This document shows positions 27,122 to 40,200 of a stretch of DNA of 64,000 bases, in pieces. The notes beneath the pieces were generated by a model. It saw only the letters and a list, made by a program, of their open reading frames with translations, was not told the origin of the DNA and did no database searches. The DNA comes from Antedon mediterranea (taxonomy: Eukaryota > Animalia > Echinodermata). Where the stretch lies: assembly GCF_964355755.1 (NCBI RefSeq), contig NC_092675.1, positions 2,041,812 through 2,105,811 of the forward strand, in the 5' to 3' direction. The translations under genes were made by a program, and so were the position numbers. How positions within the stretch are numbered: the first letter of the stretch is position 1; each line of letters starts with the position of its first letter.

Positions 27122-30100
27122 CTATAGCATAGCTTTCAACAAGCAAATAATAGACGCTACGATTGTAATTATTTTTGCCTGTTTGTTTATGACTGACGCA
27201 TTTATTTGATCACTACCCCAAGGGTCATCCATTGCATACTCGTATCTTCCACAGTAACCTGGTGCAATGGGTTCAGCGTTAATACCTCGTTTGTGAAAGA
27301 AAACGGCAATGTTGCTTATTAAACGTAATAAGCTTGGGTACTTAGATTGTTAAAAAAAATGAATCCTGCTACTCTGGGGTAAAATAAGGTAGCTATTAAT
27401 AGACATTATAAAGTTTATCTAACTAATGGTAAATGTTAAGAAAAGCCTTTAGGGGACATTATCAAAAGGTGCAAAGGATAGAAAATCTACTAAAGATTGA
27501 CAAGAAAAGCATAAAGTGTATAATTACAGTAGGCTACTTCGAAGTTCATAGACTTTGGGAAATAAATCTCGAAATTAGAAACTAAATTTTCTCTTTAAAC
27601 ATAATTTACATGCATAATATAACAGTATCAACTCCCCTTCATTGTAGTAATGATTGATTGATACCTTTGCAATAAATAGCTCGAGGCGTTATGCGGATTA
27701 ATGCGAAGTATTTACATAAAAACTTAATTAAAAATGTAATTACATATTTGTGTGTTTTGTGAAGACAAAACAAGTTTTGTTATTGTTGATAATGCAAGAG
27801 AGTATTCATGTTTCCATCTTTCAAATCCCTCTCTACGCATGCGTATACGCTAACGCTTTCAATTCGCGCGAACAAATTCGCCTAGTGGAAAATCGGCCTA
27901 AGTGTTCTAGAGGGCGTTGTTAAACATTGAAGTGGTTATTGTTGACTATTGCATCTGAAAAATGTATTACCAAAAAAAGAAACACACAACTGCAAGGTAC
28001 GAACATTATTATAACCTGTCACGTGTCTATACACATTATTGCAAGATAGGTGTTTTATTGAATTTAAACAATTTACGGCGACTTTTTTTCCATCGAAGAT
28101 TCATCGTCCGAAACAACATACAGATAAAGATTACTAATAATAGATTATTGTTGGTGTGATATTGTTATTAAAATGAACCTAAATTAGGAAATATTGCTTA
28201 AGGTACTAACCTAACCATACGGCATCGTTGTTGGTCAAGTCGAACATTTGCCATGTCTATATCCCTTACATCTTTGGCGCTCCATAGTCGTTCCGCCACT
28301 GCAGCTGCCCTGGGCCTAAAAATTTGATGTTGATGGTCCAAACAAATTAGTATATAATATCCATGTATTTACGTATATTTGTGCAAAAATATAACTCCAC
28401 GTGTAGTTCTACATTCAATACGGTATTTACGCCATGGGTAACCACACTACCTCTTCGTTGTTTTAGAGTTCAAAACAGTGTTTATGCAAATTGGATCACA
28501 AAATCGTCACGCGAACATTTCAAGTTAGTTCCAATGCGTTATGATTGAGTACACATACCAAACGCTCATTGTTCCAGTGTGTGTTCATTTGTATTCAAAT
28601 TTGTATTTAAATAATACCTTTTAAAATGCCACTATTAAAACAAAACAACTATTTTGTTCAAGTTCAAACTATAAACATGATACATACTTGGAAAAAGTAA
28701 CCCACGTTTAGTAATTTGTTGGCTGTTTAACAAAGCAGAGAGTGAAAGGTATAGACAGTATTTACGGATACCAACGTTTATTATCACAAAAAAAAAGAGT
28801 TTAAATAGGCCTATACCGTATTAAACTTGTAGAGATACGTTCGGAAATCTTGATTATAGAACGTTAGACAATGTATTTAAATGTCGCGTCGTGAAATTAA
28901 AAAGATTATAATAGCATGTGTTTCTTATTATTGGTATTAGTGATGCATTTGTTGACCATATAGTTTGCTGCTTGTTTGTATATCTTGTTCAGTTGTTTCT
29001 TTTTTAGTTAGTGTCGTCATTAAAATGAATACGTACCATATTCTTGCAATAATGTTGCCACCATCAACATACTCCGCCCACATACATGCCTCTCCACCAA
29101 TCAAAAGTTCCTTTTGTTCTTCAGTTCCTACGATTTATTAAAAAATGTATCTTATTATCATAATAATAATAATATTGGTATATTATTTATTAAATGTATG
29201 GTAATGTATGTATATTTTAAAATTGTAAAGGTATTATTTATTTATTTATAAGGAAAATACATATTCGTAAATGGGTGAGGTGGAGGATTGTTTTACAGGG
29301 TGTAGAAGGAGATTAGTGCTCACTTTCCTTGATGTTCTATCTTTTTTTTCATTGTTTAGGGGTCGGGGACACCAAAGTCTTATGGAGGTTTGTTGCTAAC
29401 TCAACCCATTGACCGCTTATGTCGAATAAATAAATAAAATAGATTATCCTCAGGAGTGAGAATGGGGGACGATCAAAGCATATTGATCGAAAGGTCGAGA
29501 AACTCAACAGTTCTTTTCGGAACTAATACACGTGATGTACCGCAAACTTTATATCAACATTTGATTTCGCCATGCAAACCTTCAAACAATAAAATAGATT
29601 AATTAATGAAAATGAGCTCTAGATAAAGAAATATGTATATGTTAGAAAACTTAGAACTACTTAGAAAAATGTCGCAGAGTATACACAGTGTTTTCAAATT
29701 GTTAGCGCATTGTTTGACCAGGGAGTCAACTCCCTGGTTTGACACTGTGAAATAGACACGTGTAGAGCGTTCCATCCCACCCCATTTTGATATATACACA
29801 CCTTGGAAATCCTCAGGATCGGTTTCATAAAACTTCTTCCAGTCAGGTCCATAACTGATGTAGTTAAGATACCATGGTGCAGACAGTATTGTTTTCAGAC
29901 CAAGCTTAGTTACCTTTTCTAGGCCTTCTCTGTAAGGTGGTAGAATTGGATCAAGAGATGGGTCTTTCCAAACTTGTACGATTGTGTCAGGGTTAACCTA
30001 AATACAGATATATCACATTATCATCTTTTCTTGTATAACTTATATCATATATAAATATATTAAGATATAAATGTGTTTATATCTCTACCAAGCTACCTTC

Positions 30101-33100
30101 TCTGTTTTCTATTCTTATTCAGTATCCACCCACCATTCACTACCCTATCTTCTTTTGCTGTTCTATTTCTTTTATTCATGTCCACCCAGGCAGCACTTGC
30201 CAGTTCTTATGCTATGGCGTTATCCAAATTCCTTCACTTGCTCTGATGAAGGGCTAGTGTTGCCCGAAAGCTCTGCTAACTTTTTTGGCTGTTTTACTTT
30301 ATCGTTTTGATTTAGCTTTTCGCTTTTTGTTGTATCTCCATTGAGATCCAGTCACTGATACCAACAGCATTGTTATTTTTTTCCCAGTAATTTGCCTTTA
30401 GATATATATATATAAATATACAATAATTCATGTTATGTGTTTTTAAAGATTGTGTTATGTTTGGCTGTAATATAAATGGGGGAATAGAGACTGGGCTGAA
30501 TTCGGCACATGTGTGGAAGACACATTCCACGGCTTTCTTCTTCCCAAAGGGTCCCTTCGTGTCGCGCCCATACTTACGAAACATACGTTGGCCTCTTATA
30601 TCAACACGTTAATACATAAATTACATGTCTTTTCTATGTTCTTAATAAATATCTATGTCGTAAAAAACAAACCTTACCCCTAGTAATATAATAGATTTAT
30701 TGTTCTCGATTTAACTTGAATTACGAATGATGATATCTTCGACACATACAATGCAATTAATGTTCAGCGAAAGTTATAGCATCGGTTTAATACATAAGAA
30801 GATAGATTTAGTTGATCTTAAAATCAGCTATCTGTAACATTGTCAGAACGTACATATGACGCAAATACAGGTGTCATGTATTGATTTGGTGTTACATTCT
30901 AATCCATGTTTTCAAAGTATCATTTTTAGAAATGTTAAGACATTTTAAAATAATAAGTTAGGCGCAATGTCAAGGTCGGTAAGAATGCAATGTTGATGCG
31001 TCGTCGCGGCTAGAACACCATCCCGATTGCCCTTGGTGACTAAATTACTTTCCGCAATTCGGATCGGTTCGGTAGTTCGGAAGCTCGGAAAATAGCTTGC
31101 CAATGTAATAATATTATAAACAAAATTCATTTTCATTCGCTAAGGATTATTATTGCAAATTTTTAAATGTCAACAGTGTCCAGATTTGTCGGAAGGTTGG
31201 ACTTTTTTCCGTTCTTTTTAAGTTCTAATTCGATTTTCGAATACACCACTGCTGTCGAATGTTACATCACTCTATTGACACCTCGTCTTTCAATTTTCGC
31301 GCGGGGAAACGGCCGAGGATCTGCGGGTTAGGAGGAGATAGAGAAAAAATTGTTGGCTTAGTGGTATTATAATATAGAGATGCCATGTTGAAACAAATCT
31401 GAACTAGAGGATTAGGTTCGTGTCTGGAAACCAAAACTCGAGTAAACCAGATAAGGAAAATACAAACTACAAATTCTGTTGAATAAAAGGACATATCAAA
31501 ACAGTAGACTTGTATGTCGTCTTTTTTTTATGCTGTAGTATCTTATACAAGAAACCTCCCGCTAGCCCAAGACGTATGACAGGTCATATGTGCCTAAATG
31601 CTTTTATAATTTTACCAACCAACGATAATTTTAACAAATACGTATAGATATTATGGTACCCGCCCTGTAAGTGAGAGGTCGCAGGTTCGAATCCCGCCAG
31701 AGATATTTTTTCATACAGCTAAAAATACGGAACTTTCGCCGATGAGCTATGCTCGACTCGAGCTCGAGATCATGCTCTGAATATGAGCATTGTTTCTATA
31801 ATTTGACAGTATGATTTATAGATATTGTGTAGATACTTACAGTGACGTTGTTATCAATGGGGTCTTGCCATATAATATATTTAGCCTTTAAATCAGTGAT
31901 GATTTGAAACAGTTTTGTTTGATAAAACTCCTCGAGTGTACTGTAGTCTCCATCCCAACCTCTATCCGTCATCCATTCTTGTATTTCCGGATTACTTGCC
32001 CTGTGTAGTAAAACGTGTATTCCTTTTGAAATTTTGAAATTTGAAATTTGAAAAATTTTTGAAATTTGAAATTTGAATTTATGTATATTTGTATGTATAT
32101 TATGCATTTTGTCAATAGGAAAAAATGACTTTTTAATTTTTTAATGTTTATTGTATTATACAGTATTTCTTTTTATGTATTTTTGCATATTTTTATTGTA
32201 GGGGCCCTCATGTAAAAAAAAACAGATAGCAATATGTCTTTACCAACAGTCATACGTCACTTCATCTGCTCCAAGATGAACAAACTCATCTTGGAAAACA
32301 TCAATAACTTCTCGAAATAGATTTTCCACGAATCGATACGACTCATTCTTTATAGGATTGATTGTTCCCAGACGACCAAATGGTTGTCCATTTTCATAGC
32401 ACATTGTTATGATCTCAGGATGAGACCTTCCCCATGATTCCATGTGACCGGGTGTATCGAATTCAGGAATAACACGGATTCCCCTCAGTCTTGCATAAAA
32501 AATGACACGGCTGACGTCATCGGGTTTGTACACCTTCAGTTCTGGGTGATACGCCCCCTATAAAAGGAAACCAAACAAACTTGATTGGGAGGAAGGTTTA
32601 ATTTATTGATGAGCTACGATTATGAAAGTATGTTCCAAGTTAATGTTAACCCAACATTCTAAACAAAAATATAAAGAGCAATACTAATCGATAACAACAA
32701 CCCAATTATTATACAATTACGTCATTGTTACCATTTCAAACTATAGGCCTAATCGTTGTTTCATACACTGAGGCACTAACGAGATAGGAATCAACATATT
32801 TGTCATAAAAGTCTATTCAAAACAACATTGCTAACACAATATTTGTTCTATCTTAGCTTGCAATGGTCACTACATACACTAAAGCAAGACCTAGATGTTT
32901 CTTCCTATTCAACACTAACCTCCTAAAATAAACCGGCTCTTCTAGTCAACGGCTAATATTGGACATCCATCATGATAAAATCAAATTGACTGTAAAAATC
33001 AGATCACCTAGGCCTAGTTTTAGTCTCATGAGATCTATCATTAGTATATTATCTTCAAAGTATTAATGCAAATCAAATGGTGCGTGTCCTTTGGGACACC

Positions 33101-35957
33101 GATGGCATTAATAAAGTAATTTGATTTTTTTCATTTTTTTAATAAATTGATCTGGTTTTATACTTTATACTAGTTTCGAGTAATACCGTATTTAATTTAT
33201 TATGAGCTATAAATATCAACTGTATACTGAGCTGGTCAATTGTTTTTTCTCGATTCGTGTAAGTACTGATGAAGAAAGTATAATGGCTACTATTATGTAG
33301 GCATACAATGTGCCGATACAATACCATACCAATGTGTTGAAGATATGAATGAATAATAAAACCGTCTAGTTCATTAAGTATAGACTGTGCGCTTACTTAA
33401 CGTTGTGTATTAACGTTTTTATTAATTTTAATCCACTTATGAGTTTTTCCTAGAATAGACACATAAAGGTCTCAGACAGTGATTAAAGCGATCAGACGTG
33501 GTTCAATAATACTGACTTTACAACTCGGCTTTTTCAATCTTACTTTTTCGCTGAGTTCAGGATAGGTCTTGCTAACAAACGCAAAGGCTTGGTGATCAAC
33601 TAGATGCCAGTGAAATACGTTGAATTTATTGTACGCCATAGCATCCTGAAACAAGAGTATGCACACTTTTCATATATTTGGTTAAAAAAAACACAATTTT
33701 GTTTGTTTATGTGAAACACAATGCAATACAATATTATCGTGTATTTACGGCTGCTTTTTGTAAAATGATTTGATAATGATTATACGATTGTGAGGCTGAT
33801 GATAATGATGCCGTTAATGATGATTATGATAAAAAGGATAAATACATCTATTAATAGAAATATGCTGATAGTCTTCATCGTCGTAAATGTCACAAAATTG
33901 ATTATTACGGAACTAGGATGCCTACAAGAAGACCTAATTTTAAAGTAATGGATGTGACTGATGATATAATCTCCATGATTTAGACTGATCACGACGCCAA
34001 TGAAAAGAATGAGAAGAAATGACAAATCCTTATGAGACACATACGATCGTTGCTATGCATATCGTCATGCATCAGCGGTTTCTGTCTCAGAATTACGTAA
34101 TTGTAGCTGCTTGTGAGAATTTGAAGCAAAAATCGTATGCATTTCTGTGGCAGAACAACGTATTTTGTAGATACGTAGTTTTGCCTTGGAAAATAACAGA
34201 ATTATTTGTTTTTGCTTAAAGATACGTGGTGGTACTATCTCAAAAAATAATGATCTCTGAAACCTGACATTTTTACAGGTTGTTCATAAATTTGTAATAA
34301 TTCCCCAAATGTAAAAATTTCAAAATTGACAAAAATGCGAGCTAGTGGTTTTGCCTTGGAACGACCGTACTGATATCACGATGTAAAGTGGTGGTGGATG
34401 AATTGATGGGTGCATCTATTCTGATAAGGGAAATATCTTCCAGTAACGGCGACTGGTGGTCAATGCAGAAACTAAGATTGAAACAGTAATCTAGATAGAT
34501 ACTTACCAAATGTTTTAGAATGATTGGAATTGGAATAAAATGACGAGATGTATCAAGAAGGAATCCTCTATGCTTGTACCTCGGAAAGTCAGTTATTGTT
34601 GTTACATTAATCATATACTATAATTAGAAACAAAAGTAGGATTGTTATTATTTGTAGCAAGTCAAATCAAGTCATTCACTTTAGTTCAATTAAATTTATT
34701 CATTTTGCAGGATCAAATACAAAACATTATTTAATATAAATTAAAAAAAACAATGTTTCTGACCCCAGTCTGGTGGATTTTAGAAGAGTTCTGCGATCAT
34801 TACGTTTGCTACTCTCCTTTCGGTGCAGAACAATTATAAACATTAAAGTTTCACAACAATAGACATTAAATAAACCACGGGAAAGTCTTAGAAAAAACAC
34901 TTCTGTGCGTGTTTACCCCTTTCAAAACTCACCTCTCCCTCGTCATTGTATTGATAAATAAGCTGACTAAATGTTTCTAATCCTAAAAGAAATGAGAAAA
35001 GGAAATACAATTGTATTAAAAGATTGAGATAGAAGGAGGCGAGGGAGGAGCGGGGGGGGGGGGGATGGTGGTTGGTGAGAGAAAGAACATTTATATATGG
35101 CTAAAAGCATTCGGCATTGGAGCAGTACAAGATAGGCCTACATTGAAGTCTGAGAAATTACTCTCAATAACCATTCTGGAGATGGCGCTATAGTAGTTGG
35201 CGACTTAGATCCACTTGTATATTTACATTATTGTATGCGTATTTTCCTTCCAAACACATCGTACATTCGTATACCACAGGCAAATTTTCTTTCAAACATA
35301 CCTTGCTGAGAACGATTTTCACAGACCTTTACTCATAGCCATTCAGAGATGGCGCTATAATGGTTAGCGATGAATATATCCATTTGTATATTGAAAATAA
35401 GTTAATAAATAACCTTACCTCTAAGAAGACCCCACACTTGCTCAGCCTTAATTTTGCTATCACCGTCTGCTTTTATTTCAATTGCATCTATATACAAAAT
35501 ATTATACATTTGTTACAAATGTATACAAATACATACATATAAAACGTGCTTTATTGATTGCAAAATGAAACTTTGAACGATACTTACACGATTCATCAGA
35601 ATCTAAGGTGGGGTATTCCTCGCATCCTAAATCACCCTCTAATTCAAGAGACACGGAATTTAGCAACACATCAGGTGGTTCATCTGCACTTTCTGTCTGG
35701 TCAAATATCACTTGTTTATAGCGTTGTACCGCCATATCGACCACTTCACATTGTCCAATCGACGATGTATCAAACTGGAAACGACTTTCCCGGATAGCTA
35801 GAACTTCACCAAAGGAGTCTACTTCTTGAGGCTGAGGCCATGGCGATCCCGGGGCTGCTTCTGTGTATTTTAACGGTAGCTCGGGGATTATGTAGTAAAC
35901 TTTCGAAGCATCAATAACCACAACACAACATATCAATAATCCATACAGACAAAACAT
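27122..35957 (-). CDS. HEXB-like: Beta-N-acetylhexosaminidase (GH20, HEXA/HEXB-like), 11 coding exons
   Basis: Exons 35957-35588, 35487-35419, 34982-34933, 34617-34507, 33645-33544, 32557-32244, 32000-31841, 29997-29802, 29127-29037, 28315-28211, 27290-27122. Signal peptide and motifs [55 protein letters not shown] (catalytic DE), [31 protein letters not shown]. Introns are GT-AG with consistent phases, except the last acceptor (AA). Confidence 0.95.
29280..29440 (+). mobile_element. Probable 3' tail of a CR1/L2-type retroposon in a hexosaminidase intron
   Basis: gggg...caaagtcttatggaggtttg...ccc followed by an (AATA)n tail, gaataaataaataaaat. Confidence 0.35.
30071..30395 (+). mobile_element. 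Penelope-like element terminal fragment carrying a hammerhead ribozyme motif
   Basis: A pyrimidine-rich tract followed by ctgatgaagggc-tagtgtt-gcccgaaagctc and a T-rich tract, which is the usual layout of Penelope-like pseudo-LTRs. Confidence 0.6.
30236..30280 (+). ncRNA. Minimal type I hammerhead ribozyme motif
   Basis: Core CUGAUGA at 30243-30249, one extra A, stem II GGGC/GCCC with a 7-nt loop, GAAA at 30266-30269, palindromic AGCU stem III and a UC cleavage site. Stem I pairs poorly in this copy. Confidence 0.65.
31655..31790 (+). mobile_element. tRNA-derived repeat fragment (SINE-like)
   Basis: ctgtaagtgagaggtcgcaggttcgaatcccgcc contains a B-box/T-arm (GGTTCGAATCC). There is no intact 5' half or acceptor stem. 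Confidence 0.45.
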
Positions 35958-36199
35958 TGTGTTTTTAAATCTCAGAGTAGGCCTACGTTCCAATCGTTTG
36001 TGCCTAATTAATTATAGACATTGAACTCTTGTAAGTAAACAAATACGCTACGCCACCTGGTAGTTTACATCGAATTATGGCATATTATGATGTATCGTAT
36101 CACGAGAATTAAACGTAATTAAACTGACCTGGATGCATACAAAGAATTTGTTACATGTAAACACTTTACACTTCAACAATGCTTGTAATTAAACATCGG

Positions 36200-36286
36200 A
36201 CATGGTTTTACGGTCGGTTGGTCGGTCGGTCGGTAAACACTAACTCAAATTTGAGCACGAGACTGCAGCCATGTATGGCCTTGTTT
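36200..36286 (+). mobile_element. 3' end of a Helentron-type element upstream of the hexosaminidase gene
   Basis: (GGTC)n ggtaaacactaac...gagcacgagactgcagccatgtatggccttgttt matches the reverse complement of 62863-62930. Confidence 0.7.
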
Positions 36287-37263
36287 AGTTTAACCAACAT
36301 ATCACACAAAATATTAAAATGTATGCATTTTTATTTGTCTCAAAATAGAAAAACACCAAGGTAATGTAAATAAATACTGTTTCAGTTATCATTTTCTGTA
36401 AAAATAAAAAAAAAATATATATTTTTTCAACCTTGTTTTTGGCGGTCTCTAAAAATCTACACATGCAACTTATGTCTGATTAGGCTTGCATGTGCCACAA
36501 TTCGGAAATGCGTAATTTGTAAATAATAATATATTGATCGGCTTCTCAAAAATATGATTGTCCGGAATAATACAATACATTCAAGAATTATTTTTTTTTT
36601 TATTGAGAGGAATGATTTTACAAGGATAGGCTTAGGCCTAGTGCTTGCAATTACAGTCATAAAATTGATACAGAATTTAAAATGATTCTACAGTTTGCTT
36701 ATGAATACCTCTGCCTTTCTTCACATCTTTCACTAAATTTAACATATTTAACAATAAAATGAATGAGTACCGGTACCCTTTGCAATAATGTACACTAATT
36801 TGTTACTGAACTATGGAGAATTTTTTTTTTCCGAAATAAAAGATGAATGAATGAATTAGTAATGATGTGTCTGTATAATAATATAATATAATATATATAA
36901 CATTTTACTTTCTGAGCTATGATAGGTCTTTTCCCAGTAACCGGTACCCCCTCTCACCCTTTTTTTTTGTCTTTTATGAGCTCGTCCCACTTTTATTTCA
37001 TTTTGCTGTACAAATTATTGAAATATATATAAGTTATATAAAGTATAATAACCTTTTGATATTAATTAATTAGTTATATTGATTAAACAATTATCATAAC
37101 GAGTAATTATTTACATACTCGTTCCTTTAATAAATGTAAAATCAATTAGTAATCAATCATTCACAATTGGTAATTTAAAACGTTTAAAACAGCATAGCAC
37201 TTTTAGTAATTCATTAAGCCTACACTAGGTGCAGTCTCGTCAGAAACGCGAGAGGAATTGATC

Positions 37264-40200
37264 ATGATGGATCCCAATTGTTTACACGATAAATGGTATA
37301 GCGACGCTGTTAAACGTCAATGGGCCGATTTACGATATTTTTATAACGCAACGAATAGTGGCAATGATGTTCCTCCGTACGACAATAAAGAAGACGAAGA
37401 AACGTTTGTTAGTTTGGTAAAACAGCGAATGGAGACAACCACTGCGCATGGCATTCCACAGATCACTAGCGCCAAAACGAAGCGGAGAAAGGTGTCTTGG
37501 ATGTTGCTGGTTCTCTTCGCCCTGGGAATGTTCTTATATCAAACTCAAGAACTAATGGTTCAATACTTCAAATATGACTTTGATACGAATATTGAAATAA
37601 AGTACAGTCGGAAGTTAGACTTTCCTGCAGTAACAATTTGCAACATAAACCCAATCAAGTATGATCGATTGCAAGAGTCTGATGCCACTGATCTGAGGGA
37701 AGGTTTTGATCGTACGTATGTGCCTCCAAATAGAACAGAGGAAGATAGTCCTGCAGAAGGACCTGCAGACGGACCCGAAGAAGGAACCGAAGAAGGAACC
37801 GAAGAAAGAAGGAAGCGTGACACCGGTGAACAAGCACCGTCGGTAATGCTTGTCGTTATTTTTTCCGTAACGTAAGGAAATGCCCTGCCGATAATTGTGT
37901 TTTCCCCCGCCTGCGTGAAATCAAACCTGCGGCGTTTGCAGCACCTTGCGTCAATACGTTGTTGCGTTGCGTTCTAGTGGCCATACAAGGCCTATCTTAT
38001 TATTTTCCAAAGTCAAATATATAGTCCTATATTTTAGATTAGAAAATTACTAAAGCGTGGTTCTCACTAGCGACGCAACACAAGGACGTAACGCAACGCA
38101 AGTGAAATGACCAATTACAAGCGATGGCTTATTCGCTTGTTATTAAAACGCTTGCGTTGCGTTTACGTCCTTGCGTTACGTTCTAGTGGGAACCAAGCTT
38201 TATATAACTACGATCACTGCCTACTTTTTTTTATATTTCAACAAACTCAACACTAACTAACTCGTCCATTAAAGGGTCTTATAAATTGAGTCTCAGTTTA
38301 GGCTTAAAGTGATGGCCCACCCCAGATTATATACTTCACTGTTATGTGGAGTAGAAATAGTCATGAGTTACAGCCCTAATACTAGGTCAGGATTGGAATC
38401 TGTATGTTGGTATTGTAAAGTTAGCATTTAACACCTAGGCACTTAAATGTTTTTAAATATTTTAATATTTAAAAAAATACTGAAAAGTAATTTAAAAATG
38501 TACCCAACATTGAACATGTTTTCTATTTGTATAGCCTGAACAAAGGGTATGGAACAATTGGGATACACTATTAAAAAACGAAACCAGTTTTTACTCACTG
38601 CCAACGAAAGTTGCCACCGAGCAGGAAAACCTTGTACGGATAATGTCAGACTTGACTACTCAACAACGGCAATACTTAGGTCACCAAATCAACGACCTTC
38701 TTGTTAACTGCTCTTGGATTGGCTACCCATGCTCACCACAGTAGGTTCTTTTTCAGATATAACCAGTAATGTATTAATATTGATGTCATTAGCATATCCA
38801 CTAGTAAACACAATTATTAGAAGGGCATTTTCCTCGCTACGTAGATTGCGTTACGTCGCTTCGCTAGTGGGAACCAAGCTTTACTATTATCAAATAGAGT
38901 GTGTTTGCTTCAATATACACAATTACCATTCCCGCAATCATCAATATTATTACTATCATTAGAGTATCGTCATCGTCGCCATCTTAGTCTTCATCATTAA
39001 TTGTCAGCATAAAAATCGTTTTATAATGTATGTTTTTTTCTCTATTTTTTATATAGAAACTTTAGCAGATTCTTGAATCCAATTTACGGAAATTGTTACA
39101 CGTTGAATCCACTCAACACATCATTCGCTGGGGGAGAATACAAATCTTCGTCATTTCCCGGGCCTTCTTACGGTAAGTTTTACTGATGACACAGTAGTGG
39201 TGACACGGTTATACAATCAAATGGTCAAAGTTATATAAGCTACTCAATACACCAGTGGTGAGAACTTTTTAGTTGAGATTGGGACTTGTTACTTTTGTTG
39301 AATTGGAGTCAAAATGCGAAAAAAATGTGTTGTCGGGAAAACCAGTTTTGCCAGGAAACTTCTATTTTCTATTTCATGTTTTACTACACTAAACTGCTTA
39401 GATGTAATTTTTATAGCGAAAAAATAGCATAATGAAACAGTTAGAATAATCCCTAAAATAAAATGCTCTTGCTTTCTTTATTTGCAGGTCTAACAATGAC
39501 ACTTTTCATCGAACTGGCACAGTATCTACCGCAGATTTCTAGTAGTGGATTACGACTCCACATTCATTCACAAAATACGATGCCATTTCCTGAGGACGAG
39601 GGTTTATACATTCCGCCTGGCTACCGGACATCTGTCTCTATCAGAAAGGTAAATAAATATATAAAGGAAACACCTTATCCTAGCCCAATTTGTTCCTTTT
39701 ACCCATACAATGTACCTTGGGTAGGCTACATCACTGAAACAAATAGACATAGTAGGTCTGCTACAGTAATATGATATAGTCTCATATTTTCCATACAAAT
39801 GTGCGAATTACCTACAATGCAATTAGGCCTATATTATAATGTTAAAAACTAAAGGCATTGCAATATTATCGGAATGTCTAAAGACTATCTGTCCTCTGCT
39901 TACACTAAGTTAAGGTGTGGCAGATAAGGAGATGCTTAAACTCCGAGAACATACATGCAATAGCAACTATTCTTTAAATATCGGTCAATAAACACAACAA
40001 ATTGAGCATAAGAGATAATAAGTATAAGTAATTATGTAATATATCCTGTAATGTAGATGATTACAAGTCGCATTGGCCGCCCATACAACACATGCGTAAA
40101 GGATTCAGACGAAAGCTATCACAATATATATCATGATTTGTACGGAATGTCATATTCAGTTCAGGTAAAACACAATTAAGTAAAATGTTTACAAATCTTC

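Noticed and set aside
30071-30310. 79-aa hydrophobic ORF
   Set aside because: Low-complexity translation of the pyrimidine-rich Penelope-like fragment.
31655-31700. tRNA gene
   Set aside because: Only the 3' half with a B-box is present. There is no D-arm/A-box or acceptor stem.
35168-35372. Twice-repeated agatggcgctata motif as a YY1 site or element end
   Set aside because: Only a short duplication with no definable boundaries or TSD, so it cannot be assigned.
35958-35993. ORF-track starts MERRPT (hexosaminidase) and 37258 (ENaC)
   Set aside because: These are TTG starts from a prokaryotic-style ORF caller. The in-frame ATGs are at 35957 (followed by a signal peptide) and 37264.
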